Origin: a virus | Strand: one strand, 5' to 3' | IMG/VR virus record: IMGVR_UViG_3300029121_000001 | Length of the DNA: 64,000 nucleotides | Shown here: positions 55,231 through 64,000 of the stretch, piece by piece | Numbering within the stretch: the first letter of the stretch is position 1 | Layout of the letters: each line of letters opens with the position of its first letter | Notes under the pieces: generated by a model | The model's database searches: none | Told to the model about the DNA's origin: nothing | What the model saw: the letters and a program-made list of their open reading frames with translations, nothing else | Position numbers and translations under genes: made by a program

Positions 55231-56931
55231 TTATCTAGAAGAAGCCATTAGATTAATAAGTTTCTTATAAGTACCACCATCTTGAGTTTCTCTCTCAAGC
55301 ATAGTATAAGAGATATCTTCGAAACTCTTACTACCATTATCAAGCAATAGATGCAGAACCTCATTAGAATCATCTACAATAGCGAATCCCATAAGATTAT
55401 AAGAACTCATAAATCTTAGGGCATTCTTAGGATCACTGATATCCAAATTCTCTTCACGATATAGTTCATCTACATCTTCCTGAGAAATCAAAACTGTAGT
55501 GATAGCAGAGAAATCATTATGCTTACCAGACTTAATTTGAGATTTAGCGGCAGCAGCTCTATTCTGAAGCAGTGTCCAAAGGTCTCCACGTGCTCCCTTT
55601 ACCTTATAAGATTTGACATCATCAGTAATACGAGACAATCCAAGAATAACTTCAGATGCTTTAAGCTCACCAGTAATAGTACGCATGAACTTCAAGAATT
55701 TCTGGCCATCCTTATTATCGTTCATAATACGACGAAGAATCTCAGTAGTAGTAATAGGAACAATTTTGGATTTAACACCAATTAGAAATTCAGTAGGAAT
55801 ATCAGAGATACCACCATTATTATCACGCTGATAAAAACGGACAACAAGAATAGAAGGAACGGCGTCATTCATCTTCTTGATATCCTGATCTTTCAGAATC
55901 ATTGCAGAGCCATATCTAAATTGTTGAGCTCTTTGGGTATTATATTGGCTATCAGCACGCTCTTTAGCAGCTTTCTCTTCTTCTGCTTTACGTTTAATAG
56001 ATTCGAGTTCTTTCTGATTCTTAAATTGGTTATTCTGTTCTGCTTCTTTATTATCATGGCGTTGTTTTTCTTCTGCAGTCTGGTTGTTATGGCGTTTCTC
56101 TTCACGTGCGCTAGCTTTCTGATCATCGTAATCAGATGCTTTATTTCTGGCAGCTATATATCCAGAATAATCTTTTTGCTGAGTTTGATTATTATTCTGG
56201 TTACTATTTCCACTATTCTGATTATTACCATTATTATAGTTATTCTTTACTTTGCCTGTATACTTCTTAGCCTCATTGAGATCCATGTATCCCATCGTGA
56301 CCTTATAAGTACCATTAGCAAATTCTCTAACTATATAGTCATTAACAGAAACAGGATTAAGATTAGTATCTAGAACTTCAATATTTGCATTTTCATGCAT
56401 TAGATTTACTAGATCTCTAATATCAGTAGAACTAATCTTAACATTATCAGCTTGGAACATGAAAGGATCAACAGAAGCTTCAGCAAAAGCTTCTGCATTC
56501 ATAGAACCAGCAATTGTAGCATTTTCAAAAGTTCCTCTTTCATAAGCATCTAGCCAAGATTGCATAGTAGCAATAATAGCATTACTATTATCATCACCAA
56601 GATCTAGATTCTGATGGAAATTTCTTAGGTAATCAATACCATTTTTAACATTACTAATATTAGCTTGCTGTAGAGCCAGCATAAAGAACTGACAAGAGAT
56701 CTGCTCAATATACTTAGAAACAGCATGTGCAGAAGACATACTTACAGTACGACTTGTCAAAACAGGAAATACAGCAATAAGCTTAGATGCTGCTCTTGCG
56801 ATAGATGAATAAGAATATGAATTATTACCACTAGTATTCTGATATCGCTGTGTAGCAACATTGCTAAGACCCTTTGCCATGTCAACCATATCATCAAAGC
56901 CATAGCTGTTTGCTTCGCGCAAACTATCCAT
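55231..56931 (-). CDS. Hypothetical protein, 566 aa, with a central charged coiled-coil-like insert
   Basis: AAAGGAGG SD. REEKRHNNQTAEEKQRHDNKEAEQNNQFKNQKELESIKRKAEEEKAAKER. Confidence 0.75.
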   Translation of the reverse strand: MDSLREANSYGFDDMVDMAKGLSNVATQRYQNTSGNNSYSYSSIARAASKLIAVFPVLTSRTVSMSSAHAVSKYIEQISCQFFMLALQQANISNVKNGIDYLRNFHQNLDLGDDNSNAIIATMQSWLDAYERGTFENATIAGSMNAEAFAEASVDPFMFQADNVKISSTDIRDLVNLMHENANIEVLDTNLNPVSVNDYIVREFANGTYKVTMGYMDLNEAKKYTGKVKNNYNNGNNQNSGNSNQNNNQTQQKDYSGYIAARNKASDYDDQKASAREEKRHNNQTAEEKQRHDNKEAEQNNQFKNQKELESIKRKAEEEKAAKERADSQYNTQRAQQFRYGSAMILKDQDIKKMNDAVPSILVVRFYQRDNNGGISDIPTEFLIGVKSKIVPITTTEILRRIMNDNKDGQKFLKFMRTITGELKASEVILGLSRITDDVKSYKVKGARGDLWTLLQNRAAAAKSQIKSGKHNDFSAITTVLISQEDVDELYREENLDISDPKNALRFMSSYNLMGFAIVDDSNEVLHLLLDNGSKSFEDISYTMLERETQDGGTYKKLINLMASSR

Positions 56932-56993
56932 TTATAATACCTCCTTTTTAGGCCTACTAATATTATACTAATGTTAAAAAATAAAAAATAATG

Positions 56994-57020
56994 CTCTGGA
57001 GCCTATTTTGGGCTCCAGAG
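56994..57020 (-). terminator. Hairpin terminator
   Basis: ctctggagcc-tattttg-ggctccagag followed by a T-rich run in the minus sense. Confidence 0.75.
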
Positions 57021-57028
57021 ACTTTTAT

Positions 57029-57937
57029 TTATTTCTTATGCTGATGCATGGGAATTACACTTATGCCGTCATTGTAGTAGACAACGAGATATTTCTCATT
57101 ATCATCTATATATTCCAGCAAAGAATTCATTCTATTAAAGCTAATAGTTTTAATACCTTGAACCTGATTAAATACTCCATCCATATCAACGAATACAAAG
57201 TATTTGCAATGAGCAAGATATCTTCTAAGAAGTTTACCTTTAATAAATCCCTTCCATCTTCTATCATCTACAACAAATTTATCACGATAATCTTCAGTTG
57301 TAAGATTATCATCAATACTTTTATTTACGTAAACAATAGATTCTTGAATTCTTTTACTAGCCTTTTTATACCGTTTTGTATTAGCTATTTTTAGTGCTCT
57401 ATTTAACATCCTCTCTTCATCAATATCCGATAGCATAAATCCAAATTCAGGATGAAGATATGCACTTGTATTATCATTTATAAACAAATTTCTTAAACGT
57501 GCATTACTTTCAATATTGAGATCAACAGTGCTCATTTTATTTGTATAAATAAAAAGAGCATACTCATGATCATCGATTATATTATTTATCACCCATTCTT
57601 TGTTTACTATAAGAGCAGTACTATTATCCCTTTCTACATTTGTATTATCAAAGATAAGAGACCATCCACATTGTTTGAATAAATACTTTAACCTACTACC
57701 ATTGATCGTATGCTTAAAGTATTCGATTCTAATGTCTGGATCATAGTCTTTATCAGCTGACCAATCCTGAACATATTCAGAATCAACAAAGACCATAGAT
57801 TCACAAAGCTCATTCATAGCTTCATTATATCCATTATCTTCGATCATCAATTTTTCAGAATTACTTAAAGTTCTTTGCATTTCTTCATGTTTAAGAAGAG
57901 CTGCAAATCTAGGATCAAGTATCACTGATTCATTCAT
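57029..57937 (-). CDS. Hypothetical protein, 302 aa
   Basis: ORF with a GAAAGGA SD. Confidence 0.7.
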   Translation of the reverse strand: MNESVILDPRFAALLKHEEMQRTLSNSEKLMIEDNGYNEAMNELCESMVFVDSEYVQDWSADKDYDPDIRIEYFKHTINGSRLKYLFKQCGWSLIFDNTNVERDNSTALIVNKEWVINNIIDDHEYALFIYTNKMSTVDLNIESNARLRNLFINDNTSAYLHPEFGFMLSDIDEERMLNRALKIANTKRYKKASKRIQESIVYVNKSIDDNLTTEDYRDKFVVDDRRWKGFIKGKLLRRYLAHCKYFVFVDMDGVFNQVQGIKTISFNRMNSLLEYIDDNEKYLVVYYNDGISVIPMHQHKK

Positions 57938-57954
57938 TTTTATTCCTTTCTTCT

Positions 57955-58224
57955 TTAAAATTTTCTTCTCTTGTGATTCATGAAATACACTGCCTGTTTA
58001 TCTTCTACAGGAGTTCTTCCCATGATAGTATCACAATAGTAGTTTTTTGTTTCTACAAAAGAACCTTTAATAGACTGAGTAGGAGTGAAATCCACATCTC
58101 TTCTCTTATCATAATTATTGACAAACCTCTTGCCTACATCACATACACCATATACTACAGTGTCGATGATTACAGGCATTGCATCCTTTAAAACCTCACC
58201 AATACTAAATCCATTTGCTACCAT
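57955..58224 (-). CDS. Hypothetical protein, 89 aa
   Basis: ORF with a GAAAGG SD and a promoter box upstream. Confidence 0.6.
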   Translation of the reverse strand: MVANGFSIGEVLKDAMPVIIDTVVYGVCDVGKRFVNNYDKRRDVDFTPTQSIKGSFVETKNYYCDTIMGRTPVEDKQAVYFMNHKRRKF

Positions 58225-58275
58225 TTTTAATCAAACCTTTCGTTTAAAATTTATGAGAAATATTCTCATATCTCT

Positions 58276-58291
58276 CATAATTATAATATCT
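58276..58291 (-). promoter_or_regulatory. Promoter-like box AGATATTATAAttATG
   Basis: 52-57 nt upstream of the 58224 start, followed by a tatgagaa/ttctcata hairpin. Confidence 0.5.
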
Positions 58292-58377
58292 TTTTATAGG
58301 GTACTTTAAAGGCTCTAATATGTTAGCTCTGGAACATCCGTATAATATTTATTATATAAGAAAAGGAGGAAAAGGTA

Positions 58378-59589
58378 TTGGCTAATAATAGCAAATATAG
58401 TTATACTAGTGAGACAATACGTCAAGGTGAAAGTAATACTGATGTATTAGCTCAGGACTACGTAACTGATGAGCTTATGCACTCTCGTGGAATTTATTCC
58501 AAGAGTGATATTAAAGATGCTAAATTTAATAAATACTCTCGTTTTGGCCGGATACTTGATCCATATGGAAGAGTAAATGGAGGAAGAGAATATCTATTCT
58601 TTGTCAAACCTGATCTTCATATAGTAGTGCCTTATGGAAAATCTACATCAGATACTTTGTATACTATGGGTGGATTTCAAAAGACTAATACTATTGCTGG
58701 TAATGGTTATAGGCTTAATCCACAACTAGCGAATAATTCTTATTTCGTTGGATTGCTTAATACAAATCCTGATATAATTCCAGAAATTCAAAAGAGTGCT
58801 ACTGCCAGTGTAGATCCATTTAGTCATCTTTTAAGTTTTTCTGTAAATAGTGCTTTGCCTTTGGATTCTTCTAATTCGCAAACTATGGACAATCCTGCTA
58901 CTATATATGGAACAGCTTATAAGTATCTTCAAGATTCTGAACCCTCTGATGAAAACTACAGTTTCTCACTAGAATTTGTCGATGATAAAAGCCTGAGTAC
59001 TTACCAATTTTTCAAAGCATATTCTGAATATCATATTGCTAGAAAATCTGGTCTAGTAACTCCTCCTAGTTTAGATTATTATAAATATAAACGTCTTCAT
59101 AATACAATGGGTATATATAAATTCATTGTAGATGAAGATATGGAAACTCTAATTTATTGGGCTTACTTATGGGGTGTATATCCAACATCATGTCCTAGAG
59201 ATGCATTTCAGGATGCATCTTTTAGTGACGGCTTAACTTTTTCTGTTAGTTTTGATGCAGCGTTTATTGAAGATATGACTCCTGCTATACTAAGTCAATT
59301 TAATTATCTTATGATGAAAGTTTTGAACAAAAACGGAATCAATAAGAACGATTGGCTTCCTGTAGTTAAACATAATAGAAAATCTGATATGCTTTATGGT
59401 AGAAATCATGGTTATGATTCTTCTTTGAGCTTAGGAGCATCAGAACAATCTTTTAGTGGCATGAAATATAATGTCGGTGTTACTGAATGGATAGATGGTA
59501 CTCTTCCTTGTGCTGCTCTAGTCGATGGAAGAGTTCTTGAAACTGATTCAAGAAGCAAATATCGTCTCAGATGGTATGCTAAAAAATAA
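58378..59589 (+). CDS. Possible tail-tube/baseplate-tube fold protein (T4 gp19/gp48/gp54-like), 403 aa
   Basis: TTG start 8 nt after AAGGAGGA. REYLFFVKPDLHI and NYSFSLEFVDD...YQFFKAYSEYHI resemble the R.N.F.V.I and tF.D....FF..W..I patterns of tube-family proteins. Sits directly upstream of the J-like gene. Confidence 0.35.
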   Translation: MANNSKYSYTSETIRQGESNTDVLAQDYVTDELMHSRGIYSKSDIKDAKFNKYSRFGRILDPYGRVNGGREYLFFVKPDLHIVVPYGKSTSDTLYTMGGFQKTNTIAGNGYRLNPQLANNSYFVGLLNTNPDIIPEIQKSATASVDPFSHLLSFSVNSALPLDSSNSQTMDNPATIYGTAYKYLQDSEPSDENYSFSLEFVDDKSLSTYQFFKAYSEYHIARKSGLVTPPSLDYYKYKRLHNTMGIYKFIVDEDMETLIYWAYLWGVYPTSCPRDAFQDASFSDGLTFSVSFDAAFIEDMTPAILSQFNYLMMKVLNKNGINKNDWLPVVKHNRKSDMLYGRNHGYDSSLSLGASEQSFSGMKYNVGVTEWIDGTLPCAALVDGRVLETDSRSKYRLRWYAKK

Positions 59590-59609
59590 ATTGATAAGGA
59601 GAATTTCAG

Positions 59610-62600
59610 ATGGCAAAGAAAACAGTTAATTCTGATATCTACAATCTGTCATCATTGGTTGAAGATGTCAAATCGGTATTTCTTCCAGATGAAAATGAAG
59701 AAACCTTAGCAATTGGTACATATGGATATCTTGGTGCTCTAGAGGCAAAAAGACTTCAGACTCAGGTTCAAATGACTGGTGAATTATGTAATGAAGTTTT
59801 TCCTTCCAGAGCAAGGCTAGAAAGAAACGTTATTACTCATGCAATAATGATGAATATCGAAAACATCAATGCTGTTCCTGCAAAGATGACTGCTTTTCTA
59901 GCTATCAAAGAATCTGATATTGCTGATTACTTTGATGAAAATAATATATTTACCATTGATAGAGAATGTCCTCTAGAGATTGGTGACTATGAATTTCATC
60001 TGGAATATGATATTAAGTTAAAAAGAATTTATATTGAGAAGAAAGCTACAAATACTTATACTGCTCAATATGAAATTCCTGCAAATAGAGATGTACCTAC
60101 GTCTACTATCAATGTAGAAAATCAATATCTAAGTCCTCCTAATGTTGTCATTGTCAACCATGAAGCATATATTTATCTAACAGTAATTCTTGCTCAGGTT
60201 GAACATAACACAGTTTCCAAAAAGTTGGTTACTTCAAATATTATTGATAACAAAACTATCAATTTTGAATTTGAAAATCAACTTGCATATTTCGAGATTC
60301 ATTCTAAAGAGTCTGATCAAGATTACTATATTACTCCTGTATTTGAAGGAAGCTCTGTACCAAGTGATACTAAATCTAAGTATTATTGTTGGTATCAATA
60401 TATCGATACTAATCTTATCAGAGTGCGTTTTGACAGACAGTCATATATGCCTGGTCTAAATGCTACTGTAGAATGTCTAGTTAAAACTTGTCAAGGCTCT
60501 GGTGGTAACTTTACATATGGTAAAGATGTAGACGTTACTCTAGAATCTACAAATTTTAATTATCGAAATATTACATGTAGACTTACTCCTATTACCAATT
60601 CTTCTGGTGGTATTGATAGAAAATCTAAGAAAGAACTACAAGGAATTATTCCTAAAGAAGCACTTTCTAGAGGATCTCTTACTACTATTACAGATTTGAA
60701 TAACTATTTTGGAATGCTAGATTCTGATTCTGCTCGAATTGTTATTCAAAAGAAAATTGATAATCAGATTGAGCGAGTTTATTACGCATACTTCGTAGCT
60801 AAAGATACTAATGGAGATATTCTTCCTAGTAATACTATTGATATTAAAGTTCCTATGAGTGCTCTCATTGAATCTAAAATCAATGAAGTTGATTCTCCTA
60901 GATATCTATTGCCTGCTGGTACATGCTTTAGACTAGGTGCAGATGGCATTGGATATATCAATGATAAGCCTATCATTGATAAAGGCTATGAAATCGATGG
61001 CCCTTCTGTCTCCAATGGTACTGTAGTTCAAGGAATTATCACTGTTGAAGTAGTAGATGAAACTAAAGCTCCTTTTAGCGTATCTTTTGATGTTGATGGA
61101 GTAGCATTTCCTACTCATTATTTCCCTGATAAGACTACAGGAGATATTAATGGCACCCTTGCATATGATAAAGAATTTGTTACTAATAGTAAAACAGAAT
61201 CTAAAATAGTAGAAAATTATATTCAGATGGGTGTTGGCAATGATTATGTATACACTGCCAGTTATGAAACTAGATATGATAATTCTATTATCAAGGTAAG
61301 AGATAAGTATCTTCCTAATCTTGATTTTGTTAAAGCTTATTACACTATCGAAGGTAAAACAACAGAATTTGATTCTCTTCCTATTGTTGTTACAGATCAA
61401 CCTACTGGAACCAAAATTGAATTTGGCATTATTAGAAGACTTAATGAAAAGACTTCTGGTGTTATCTATTTCGGTGAAGGAGAAAATAAATATAGTTTAA
61501 ATCAGCTTACAAAAGTAAATCTATCCACTGTTCTTAACTCTCTAGGATATAGTGGTCAGGTTACTGATTGTGTATCTTCTGATGAAAACTATGTATCTGT
61601 TACTTCTAATGGTACAGTAGAAAATCCAATTATTAAAGATCCTAATAAAGAAGATACTACTAATACTGATACACCTAGTGTGCCAGTTGAAACTAAGAAA
61701 GAGTATAAATTCAATGTTGTTAATCCTGATACCATTCCTCCTATAAGTAAGAGAGAAAAGAATAGTTGGTATGGTAACGTTTTGGAATCATCTACAATAG
61801 ACAAAGAAGCATCTGATACTCCTGCTGGCAAACTTGATAAATATAATATCAAAGTTACTGCAGAAAAAGATATGCCTGATCTTAAGGATCGTAAAGAGAA
61901 CGAATGGTATATGGGTATCGTCAATTCTTCTAAAGTTCCTGGTGGTGGAGAACAGCAAGAGTCTGATGATGATAATGATTATGCACTAAGTGTTGTTAAT
62001 GAAGAAGATCTTCCTGAAATTAATGATCGTCCTCAGAATAACTGGTACTATGTCATTGATCATGTAGAAGAAACTGAATCTGAACCTGATGATCCAGATG
62101 TACCTGAGAAAAAGATTAGTGGTAATGAATATATCATTGAAGTAAAGAAACGTCTTACTGGTCCTACTAGTATCAATGTTTCTATTGATGGTAAAATTTA
62201 TACTATCAAGATCACTCAAGATGTTTATGCTATTGAAAATGGTATTTATATTTATGAGGGATCTGAAAATACTTATAAGGATATCAATACCACTTATACT
62301 CCGAGAATTGATGAGATAAGTAATATTCTTGCTATCAAGAATGGTACTCAGATTACTTATAAATTCTCTTATAAGTCTCTTGGCACTAACTATACTCCTA
62401 AGATTACAGTAAAAGTATCTAAGGGTTTGGAGTATATGATTTTCAGTAATTATCTGAAATATAATGGTAAGCAATATCAGTATGAGCCCAAAGAATCTAC
62501 TATTGAGAAAGAAAAAGGATTTATCTATACTAATCCTTATGCAGTTAATATTAATGGATATCGTCTATATTCAGCATTTTACATGATGTCTATGGAAGAA

Positions 62601-64000
62601 AATCCATATCTACATTTTGATTATATTAATGATAAATCTAATATCCAATTTATCTCCACTAATCTTCATTGGACTAGACCCTTCTGTGAAGATAGAAAAG
62701 ATAAATATTCTCTTCAGATTGAATTTATGCAATCTGTTCAAGATGATCTTGGCATTATTCCTGAAGAGGAAGGTGCAACTCCTCTTATTAAAGCATTTGC
62801 TGTATTTAGAAGAAATAATTCTAATTACAGATACAGAGCATTAAATCTACTAAGCTATGATGATTCTGATTATACATTTACTTTTGGTCAAGATTTCTCT
62901 GCTGAAGATATCTTTGATCAAGATAATAATATCAGAGTTTCTAACGTTCAAGTATGTGGCCAATCAGAATACACTGTTACTATTTCTAATGATAAAAACA
63001 CCTATAGAATGAATAATGGTGGCATTGTAAATCTATCTACTATTCTTACAAATCTTGGTCTTGAAGTTCCTAGTGAATATGACTATGCTATTTCTAGTAA
63101 TGCAAATGCATTAAGCTTCGATCCTATTCTTGATAAAGATGGTAAGAAAGTTGATTATAGAGTTATTTCTTTCACTGATTTTGCAGACGAAATTGAAATT
63201 TCTTATGCAGGATCTGATGCAGATGCCCCTGTTACTATTAAAGCTACAAGTACTCAACCTGCTTTGACAGAATATGGATTCTTTAATCCTACTACAGAGA
63301 TGAAGATTTATGTTCTGTGTGCTATACCCGATACTAATGGAGTTTACTCTAGAAATGGCTTCGATGCTATTTGTCCTGGTCTAAAGAATTGGACACTTAC
63401 TAACATCTTTGACGTTGTCAACGGTGTTACTATGTATCATAATTATTCTGAAATTATGGGTTCTAGAGTTAAACCTTATGGTACAGATATAGAAAAGGCA
63501 GAAGATGATACTAGTACTACTAGAATGAATCTTGAAGGTTATTATGTTGCAAGCGTTCCTATGCTTGGATACGATTATTGCCAAGATGAGATTCTAGTTC
63601 AATCTGCAATCAATGCTTTGAATTATAGAAAAGCTTATATTGAATCTGCTATACAGAAACTTGAAAATTCTTTCGGAGTTGACTTTAAGCTATTCAATAC
63701 ATATGGACCTTCCAATACATTCTATATTATCAAAGATAAAGACAATAATGGCCTACTCGATGATACTATTGAATATATTGATCGTGTCAATATTAGTCTA
63801 TACTTCAGAGTCAAGTTGGTTGCAGAGAATGACTCTTATACAAAGAATAATATTGTTCAGGAAATTAAGGACTATATCGAAGATCTAAATGATCTTAGTG
63901 AGTTGCATATTCCTAATCTGGTTACACAGATTACTACCAACTATAAAGAGCAAATTACTTACTTCGAGTATCTTGGATTTAATGATTATGGTGCTAACAT
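59610..64000 (+). CDS. Large baseplate wedge J/gp6-like protein, at least 1463 codons, runs off the window
   Basis: Missing from the ORF track only because no stop occurs before the window end. I read the frame codon by codon from ATG 59610 (AAGGAG SD) to 63998 with no stop. CNEVFPSRARLERNVITHAIMMNI..VPAKMTAFLAI and SSGGIDRKSKKELQGIIPKEALSRGSLTTITDLNNYF match Baseplate_J-like patterns. Confidence 0.6.
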   Translation, partial: MAKKTVNSDIYNLSSLVEDVKSVFLPDENEETLAIGTYGYLGALEAKRLQTQVQMTGELCNEVFPSRARLERNVITHAIMMNIENINAVPAKMTAFLAIKESDIADYFDENNIFTIDRECPLEIGDYEFHLEYDIKLKRIYIEKKATNTYTAQYEIPANRDVPTSTINVENQYLSPPNVVIVNHEAYIYLTVILAQVEHNTVSKKLVTSNIIDNKTINFEFENQLAYFEIHSKESDQDYYITPVFEGSSVPSDTKSKYYCWYQYIDTNLIRVRFDRQSYMPGLNATVECLVKTCQGSGGNFTYGKDVDVTLESTNFNYRNITCRLTPITNSSGGIDRKSKKELQGIIPKEALSRGSLTTITDLNNYFGMLDSDSARIVIQKKIDNQIERVYYAYFVAKDTNGDILPSNTIDIKVPMSALIESKINEVDSPRYLLPAGTCFRLGADGIGYINDKPIIDKGYEIDGPSVSNGTVVQGIITVEVVDETKAPFSVSFDVDGVAFPTHYFPDKTTGDINGTLAYDKEFVTNSKTESKIVENYIQMGVGNDYVYTASYETRYDNSIIKVRDKYLPNLDFVKAYYTIEGKTTEFDSLPIVVTDQPTGTKIEFGIIRRLNEKTSGVIYFGEGENKYSLNQLTKVNLSTVLNSLGYSGQVTDCVSSDENYVSVTSNGTVENPIIKDPNKEDTTNTDTPSVPVETKKEYKFNVVNPDTIPPISKREKNSWYGNVLESSTIDKEASDTPAGKLDKYNIKVTAEKDMPDLKDRKENEWYMGIVNSSKVPGGGEQQESDDDNDYALSVVNEEDLPEINDRPQNNWYYVIDHVEETESEPDDPDVPEKKISGNEYIIEVKKRLTGPTSINVSIDGKIYTIKITQDVYAIENGIYIYEGSENTYKDINTTYTPRIDEISNILAIKNGTQITYKFSYKSLGTNYTPKITVKVSKGLEYMIFSNYLKYNGKQYQYEPKESTIEKEKGFIYTNPYAVNINGYRLYSAFYMMSMEENPYLHFDYINDKSNIQFISTNLHWTRPFCEDRKDKYSLQIEFMQSVQDDLGIIPEEEGATPLIKAFAVFRRNNSNYRYRALNLLSYDDSDYTFTFGQDFSAEDIFDQDNNIRVSNVQVCGQSEYTVTISNDKNTYRMNNGGIVNLSTILTNLGLEVPSEYDYAISSNANALSFDPILDKDGKKVDYRVISFTDFADEIEISYAGSDADAPVTIKATSTQPALTEYGFFNPTTEMKIYVLCAIPDTNGVYSRNGFDAICPGLKNWTLTNIFDVVNGVTMYHNYSEIMGSRVKPYGTDIEKAEDDTSTTRMNLEGYYVASVPMLGYDYCQDEILVQSAINALNYRKAYIESAIQKLENSFGVDFKLFNTYGPSNTFYIIKDKDNNGLLDDTIEYIDRVNISLYFRVKLVAENDSYTKNNIVQEIKDYIEDLNDLSELHIPNLVTQITTNYKEQITYFEYLGFNDYGAN

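Noticed and set aside
1-64000. Genome-wide stop-codon reassignment (TGA or TAG recoding, as in some large gut phages) as an explanation for the start-less cassettes and the in-frame TGA.
   Set aside because: Dozens of long ORFs are intact and end sensibly under the standard code. Both TAA and TGA terminate well-supported genes just before an SD or terminator. At most a local read-through event remains possible.
1-64000. tRNA or rRNA genes, CRISPR arrays, integrase or transposase, prophage att sites.
   Set aside because: I found none by eye. Intergenic regions are short and filled by terminator hairpins and promoter-like boxes. The only GGTTCGA-like string (about 44955) lies inside cassette 3 without tRNA arms. 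A tRNAscan or Infernal run would be needed for certainty.

Overview
AT-rich (about 30% GC by eye), densely packed window, mostly coding on the minus strand. Nearly every gene has a strong AAGGAGG-type Shine-Dalgarno site, and nearly every transcription unit ends in a hairpin plus T-run terminator. I saw no tRNA, rRNA, CRISPR array, integrase or transposase. It reads as an internal segment of a large (jumbo-type) virulent phage of a low-GC Gram-positive, probably anaerobic, host; the host assignment is inference. Recognisable genes: the C-terminal half of a split multisubunit RNA polymerase beta-prime (11941-14067) next to an SF2 helicase; a possible beta C-terminal fragment; a FEN/RNase H-like nuclease; an XRE HTH protein; a PC4/YdbC-like ssDNA binder; a LysM membrane protein; a GH73-like fragment; a beta-helix protein; two divergent tail-fibre genes built from WVNG repeats; gp25-like and J/gp6-like baseplate proteins; and a 1236-aa polyvalent enzyme. 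Most other ORFs are orphans. Four things stand out. (1) A family of six ORF cassettes (71-94 codons) has no start codon and no SD. Each opens at a nucleotide-invariant CTGACGCTTCTA box, usually directly after a stop codon and a terminator / T-run / TATAAT. (2) A five-gene operon ends in a radical SAM/SPASM enzyme and encodes a protein with 19 Cys in its last 74 residues; its 5' leader carries a variant of the same box. (3) A 54-codon gene is followed, across one in-frame TGA, by 56 more open Cys-rich codons. (4) A 16-nt promoter-like box, AGATATTATAANNDTG, occurs 11 times, always 46-91 nt upstream of a start codon and in that gene's orientation. All functional calls rest on motifs read by eye; no database search was possible.
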